A program made the translations under genes and the position numbers. Source: an uncultured Sphingomonadaceae bacterium (GTDB taxonomy: Bacteria > Pseudomonadota > Alphaproteobacteria > Sphingomonadales > Sphingomonadaceae). From it: 64,000 bases of DNA. Where the stretch lies: assembly GCA_964635065.1 (NCBI GenBank), contig CAZWMK010000002.1, positions 1,048 to 65,047 on the forward strand, read 5' to 3'. Below the pieces are notes generated by a model. That model was given only the letters and a program-made list of their open reading frames with translations. It was not told the DNA's origin and made no database searches. Below are positions 62,406 to 64,000 of this stretch, piece after piece (positions within the stretch are counted from its first letter, which is position 1; the number at the start of each line of letters is the position of its first letter).

Positions 62406-62774
62406 ATGCTGACCTACGCTACTGTTGGATCGAACAGGTTGCCCGAAGCCGTCGCCTTTTTTACCGACCTCCTGGCCATGATCGGTGTCGGCAAGTTGTT
62501 CGATCACCCCAGTGGCGGCGCCATCTTCGGCAAGGACGGAAAGCCGCTTTTTGGCGTGCTTGGTCCGCATGATGGCAAACCGGCCACAGTGGGCAACGGC
62601 TCGATGCTTGCCCTCGACATCCCGTCACGCGCTGAAGTCGACGCCTTTCATGCCAAGGCGCTCGCCCTTGGCGGGACCGACGATGGCGCACCGGGCGAAC
62701 GCGCCCCCGGTTATTACATGGCGTATTTCCGCGATCTCGACGGCAACAAATTCTGCGCCTGCCGCTTCGACTGA
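62406..62774 (+). CDS. VOC-family (glyoxalase/bleomycin-resistance fold) protein
   Basis: 122 aa. 'MLTYATVGSNRLPEAVAFF' and 'YMAYFRDLDGNKFCAC'. Confidence 0.75.
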   Translation: MLTYATVGSNRLPEAVAFFTDLLAMIGVGKLFDHPSGGAIFGKDGKPLFGVLGPHDGKPATVGNGSMLALDIPSRAEVDAFHAKALALGGTDDGAPGERAPGYYMAYFRDLDGNKFCACRFD

Positions 62775-62827
62775 CGGCCACTGCGCTGTCAACCGAACGC
62801 GCGCGAAAGACACAAGGGACAAAAGCG

Positions 62828-63694
62828 ATGACGCAGCGGGATTTGCTGGCCAGCTACTTCACCATTGCGGGCAATGTGCATCCCGCCTTCAACGATGTCC
62901 CCAGTCCGCATGATTTCCGCGACCGGGTCGAAGCCGCTGCACGTGCAGGCTATCGCGGCATCGGCCTGTTTGGCACCGACCTCAGGCCCGTCGTCGCCCG
63001 CTATGGCTATGGCGAAATGCGCCGCATCCTTGCGGATAATGGCATGAAATGGGTCGAGGTCGAATGTCTGTTCGACTGGTTCACCGATGGCCCGGCGCGA
63101 CAGGTGTCGGATGCATCACGCGCCTTCCTGCTGGAAACCGCAGGCGAGCTTGGCGCCTTTCACATGAAGGTCATCAGCGATCTTGATGCACGGCGCACGC
63201 CCGAAAGCATGGTCGCGGCCTTTGCCGGCCTGTGCGACGATGCAGCAAAGGCCGGCACCCGGATCAGCCTTGAGATCACGCCCTTCAGCAACACGCCGGA
63301 TCTGGCATCGGCGCTCAGCATCATCGACGGCGCAGGCCGCGCTAATGGCGGCCTGATGCTCGATCTCTGGCATGTCGTGCGCGGCGGCATCTCCTATGAT
63401 GCCATCGCCGCCTTGCCGCCGGGCAGGATTTTCGGCGTCGAACTCGACGATGCGGCCATGGTCGTGCAAGGTAGTTTGCTCGAAGACACGTTCGGACACC
63501 GCCGTTTCTGCGGCGAAGGCGATTTCGATGTGGCGGGCTTCATTGCCGCGCTCGATACGGCGGGCTTCACCGGGCCTTATGGCATTGAAGTGCTGTCGGA
63601 TGCCGTCCGCCAGATGCCGCTTGAAACCGCCGCGCAGCATTCTTTCCAGACGACCGCCCGCGCCTTCGAGGCTGTTGACGCACCAGGGAACTGA
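62828..63694 (+). CDS. Sugar-phosphate isomerase/epimerase (xylose-isomerase-like TIM barrel)
   Basis: 'AAARAGYRGIGLF', 'ISLEITPFS', 'LMLDLWHV' and 'VELDD'. Confidence 0.8.
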   Translation: MTQRDLLASYFTIAGNVHPAFNDVPSPHDFRDRVEAAARAGYRGIGLFGTDLRPVVARYGYGEMRRILADNGMKWVEVECLFDWFTDGPARQVSDASRAFLLETAGELGAFHMKVISDLDARRTPESMVAAFAGLCDDAAKAGTRISLEITPFSNTPDLASALSIIDGAGRANGGLMLDLWHVVRGGISYDAIAALPPGRIFGVELDDAAMVVQGSLLEDTFGHRRFCGEGDFDVAGFIAALDTAGFTGPYGIEVLSDAVRQMPLETAAQHSFQTTARAFEAVDAPGN

Positions 63695-63751
63695 TCCGCG
63701 CAGCCGGGGCGCCCCCTTGGCAAAACCGTCCGGGCTTGCCACCTTGGCGAC

Positions 63752-64000
63752 ATGAGCTTGTCCGAACCGACCATCCTGCCTGCTGCGACCATCATTCTCC
63801 TGCGCGATGCGCCCGCCGGTCCGCCCGAGATTTTCATGGTCGAGCGCGCGCGCACCATGCGCTTTGCCGCAGGCGCCATGGTGTTTCCGGGTGGCAAGGT
63901 CGATACGCATGACCACGACGTCGCCCGCGACCGGCGTCTTGCGCCGGGCTTCGACGCGCTCGATGCCGACGATGCCGCAGCCCGCGTTGCGGCGATCCGC
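63752..64000 (+). CDS. NUDIX-family hydrolase, 3' end outside window
   Basis: '[41 protein letters not shown]' is a typical N-terminal half of a NUDIX domain. The ORF is open to the window end. Confidence 0.6.
   Translation, partial: MSLSEPTILPAATIILLRDAPAGPPEIFMVERARTMRFAAGAMVFPGGKVDTHDHDVARDRRLAPGFDALDADDAAARVAAIR

Noticed and set aside
1-64000. CRISPR arrays, rRNA genes, intact IS elements, retron/DGR-type reverse transcriptases
   Set aside because: Reading both strands, I found no regularly spaced repeat array, no rRNA-like conserved stretches, no full-length transposase and no RT motif. Only the two IS5 end remnants are present.

Overview
64-kb high-GC alphaproteobacterial, sphingomonad-like chromosomal segment with about 70 supportable genes. 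All calls rest on reading the sequence and ORF translations; no database search was run. (1) nt 1-5253: an integrative island anchored at tRNA-Cys (P4-type integrase, AlpA, RHH). Its low-GC cargo is an uncharacterised PD-(D/E)xK-nuclease-like protein with a small 2-TM protein, plus a tandem pair of YbjN-like proteins. This is my best candidate for an undescribed, defence-type system. (2) 5.4-13.8 kb: an osmo/heat-stress block with ectR and ectABCD, a decayed ask_ect fused to a decayed ybdG-type mscS, IS5 scars, hsp20 with a ROSE-like leader, aqpZ, yeaQ and DUF937. (3) 14.1-18.8 kb: a NodT/MacA/split-MacB efflux operon. The 8.6 kb from 10.4 to 19.0 kb is bracketed by outward-facing IS5 end remnants and by two 96-97% identical mscS 3' fragments in permuted order. 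(4) 20-41.7 kb: an oxidoreductase-rich catabolic region with five SDRs, NTF2/SnoaL-like proteins, a quinohaemoprotein PQQ dehydrogenase, TetR, two Rieske oxygenase alpha subunits, an OYE/FAD flavoprotein, a GMC oxidoreductase and a Zn-ADH. (5) A DUF2946/TonB-receptor/PepSY set and a second PQQ enzyme with an N-terminal cytochrome c domain. (6) A GltD-like protein with KorAB. (7) A frameshifted GAF-PAS-GGDEF(degenerate)-EAL gene. (8) A flippase / CDP-alcohol phosphatidyltransferase / HIT / nucleotidyltransferase head-group cluster. (9) DUF6481, cspA and an unlisted 59-aa HTH ORF. No rRNA, CRISPR array or intact IS element was seen.
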